Source: Ginglymostoma cirratum (taxonomy: Eukaryota). From it: 64,000 nt of DNA. Position numbers and translations under genes: made by a program. Shown here one piece after another: positions 61,761 to 64,000 of this stretch. A model generated the notes under the pieces. That model saw nothing but the letters and a program-made list of their open reading frames with translations. It had not been told where the DNA came from and did no database searches. The stretch is taken from positions 35,521,137-35,585,136 of the forward strand of contig JAHRHZ010000029.1 of assembly GCA_024137785.1 (NCBI GenBank), in the 5' to 3' direction. Every line of letters starts with the position of its first letter. Position 1 is the first letter of the stretch.

Positions 61761-63205
61761 GTGAAGGTCCAGTGAGAATAACAGCCCTTGACATGGAGGC
61801 TGCATACAACTGAGTCTATCATCAAGGAGCCCTAACAAAACTGTAATCGATGGGTATGAGGGAACGAAGTCCATGCTGGTTGGAATCTTAAAAACTGAAA
61901 GAACTGCGGATTCTGTAAATCAGAGACAAAAATAGAAATTGCTGGAAAACCTCAACAGCTCAACACCACCTTGTTGAGGGCAACAAGGGAAGGACAGTAA
62001 ATACTGGCCCAGTCAGTGACACCCATCTCCAGTGAGTGAATGAACAAAAGATACAGCACATAGATTTCTTTCCTAAATGACATCACTGATCCACTCTGGC
62101 AGCATCCATGGAGGGAAATCAAAGTTAACATTTTGGGTGAGTGACCCTTCCTCAGAACTGGAGTCATATCTGGCACATAGGAAGATGGCTGTGGTTGTTA
62201 TAGGTCAGTCATCTCAGGTCTAGGACATCTCTGCAGGAGTTCCTCAAGGTAGTGTCCTAGGCCCAACCATCTTCAGTTGCTTCATCAATGACCTTCGCTC
62301 CATCATAAGGTCAGAAGTGGACATGTCTGCCGATGATTGCACAATGTTCACCACCATTCGTGACTCCTCAGATACTGAAGCAGTCCATGTTCAAATGCAA
62401 CAAGATCTGGACAATATCCAGGCTTGAGTTAACAAGTGGCAAGTAACATTCCAGGCAATGACCATCTCCAGTATGAAACAACCTAACCAGCAACCCATTG
62501 ATATTCAATGGTGTTACCGTCACTGAATCCCCCACTATCAACATCCTGGGAATTACCATTGACCAGAAACTTAGCTGGACTCACCACATAAACACAGTGG
62601 CTACAAGAGCAGGTCAGAGTCTTGGAATGAGTACTGCAATGAGTAATGCCCCTCCTGACTCCCCAGAGCCTGACCACCATCTACAAGGCATAAGCCAGGA
62701 GTGTGATGAAATGTTCCCCAGTGGCCTGGATGGGTGAAGCTCCAATAACATGCAAGAACCTTGACATCATCCAGGACAAAACAGCCCGTTTGATTAGCAC
62801 CACATCCACAAACATCCATTCCCTCCACCAATGATGCTCAGTACCAGCAGTATGTACTATCCACCAGACACACTGCAGAAATTCACCAAAAATTCTTATG
62901 CAGCACCTTTCAAACCTGTGACCACTTCCAACTGGAAGGACAAGGGCAGCAGATACATGGGAACACTAACCCCTGCAAGTTGCTCCCGAAGCCACTCACC
63001 ATCCTTGGAAATATATCGTTGTTCCTTCAGTGTCACTGGGTCAAAATCCTCGAAATCCCTTCCTAAGGACATTATGAAACTACCTATAGCACAAGGACTG
63101 CAGTGGTTCAAGAAGGCAGCTCAACACCACCTTGTTGAGGGCAACAAGGGAAGGACAATAAATACTGGCCCAGTCAGTGACACCCATCTCCAGTGAGTGA
63201 ATGAA
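61757..63205 (+). mobile_element. CR1/L2-group LINE, RT to tail, interrupted by a PLE
   Basis: GVPQGSVLGPTIFSCFINDL and SADD (62236-62337); same family as 51175-52553. Confidence 0.9.
61891..62159 (-). mobile_element. Short PLE (family B) carrying a 139-bp templated insert
   Basis: pLTR halves flank 61956-62094; degenerate TSD tggaatctta / tggagtcata. Confidence 0.85.
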
Positions 63206-63284
63206 CAAAAGATACAGCGCATAGATTTCTTTCCTAAATGACATCACTGATCCACATGCATTCTCGTTACTAGTTTATCATAAA

Positions 63285-63783
63285 AACATAAAGCAGAAGC
63301 AGGCCATTTTGTCCATCAAGCTTGATTTACCTTTAATTCAGATCATGGCACATTCCTGTTTTACCAAAGAACTGTTGATTACTTTCGAGATGAAAAGCCT
63401 TCTATCTCAGCCTTGAATATACCTAATGAGCCAGCCTCTACTGCTTCTGCATTAAGAACTTCCACAGGATCATTACCCTCTAAAAGAAATAAAAAGCTTT
63501 TCATTTCTGCCTTAACTGGGTGATCTCTTACTCTGAGATGATGCCCTCTGGTCTAAACTCTCCCACAAGGAAGGACAACTTTTCTATATCTATCTTGTCA
63601 AGTTCCCTAGGGATCTTGTATGTTTCAATAAAATAAACCACTCACTCTTCCAAACTCCCCTGAATACAGAGCTGGCCTACTTAACTGTTCCTCATAAGAC
63701 AGTCCTTTCATACCTGGAGCAGCCTAGTGAACTTTCCCTCGACTGCCTCTGATACCAATATATCTTTCCTTGGATAAGGGGCC
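63285..63783 (-). mobile_element. CR1 3' region
   Basis: gcagaagcaggccatt tail; tgccctctggtctaaactctcccacaagg. Confidence 0.75.
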
Positions 63784-63872
63784 TGAAATAACTACAGAGA
63801 CCAGTATCCTGACACCAAGTCACCCTTTATTTACATGTGCACTGTACATGGGCTCTGACCAGCCAGCTCAGC
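63784..63872 (-). mobile_element. LTR end fragment (family of 50550-50785)
   Basis: tgaaataactacagagaccagtatcctgacaccaagtcaccctttatttac. Confidence 0.7.
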
Positions 63873-64000
63873 CGTACAGTTGCCGTGCTTATTTTCCTCA
63901 GCACTCGTGTTGTGTGTGTGAAGGTGCAGGACACAGTGAGAGACAGCAGGAGTCTAAATAACTTTGTCAATGTTCCACCACCAGGAAAAACACCCATGTG

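Noticed and set aside
20016-63940. CACAGTG heptamers as V(D)J recombination signals
   Set aside because: I saw no ACAAAAACC-like nonamer at 12/23 spacing and no V or J segments; most heptamers lie in repeats.

Overview
Vertebrate genomic DNA, very probably from a shark or another elasmobranch: it carries HE1-type V-SINEs, CR1/HER1 LINEs, Deu-domain SINE relics and shark-type solo LTRs. I found no convincing host protein-coding exon, so the window reads as intronic or intergenic, and almost all ORFs in the track are repeat fragments or chance ORFs. It is dominated by retroelements: CR1/HER1 LINE pieces, a second CR1/L2-group LINE with its partner tRNA-SINE, nested LTRs, and about 17 Penelope-like (PLE) insertions. 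One PLE is 5'-truncated but keeps RT plus GIY-YIG sequence in one frame (52952-54784). The most interesting signal is a coherent PLE-derived system across about four sequence families. Each pseudo-LTR has an initiator-like motif immediately followed by a minimal hammerhead ribozyme core. Many short copies start at that motif, and many insert as fold-back pairs in which one arm has a 33-38 nt tail and the other does not, inside 10-16 bp target-site duplications (TSDs). Two local templated copy-paste events at PLEs, a twin-priming-like LINE inversion and an unexplained 72-bp-arm hairpin are also present. Boundaries of old repeats are approximate, and family names come from recognition rather than a database search.
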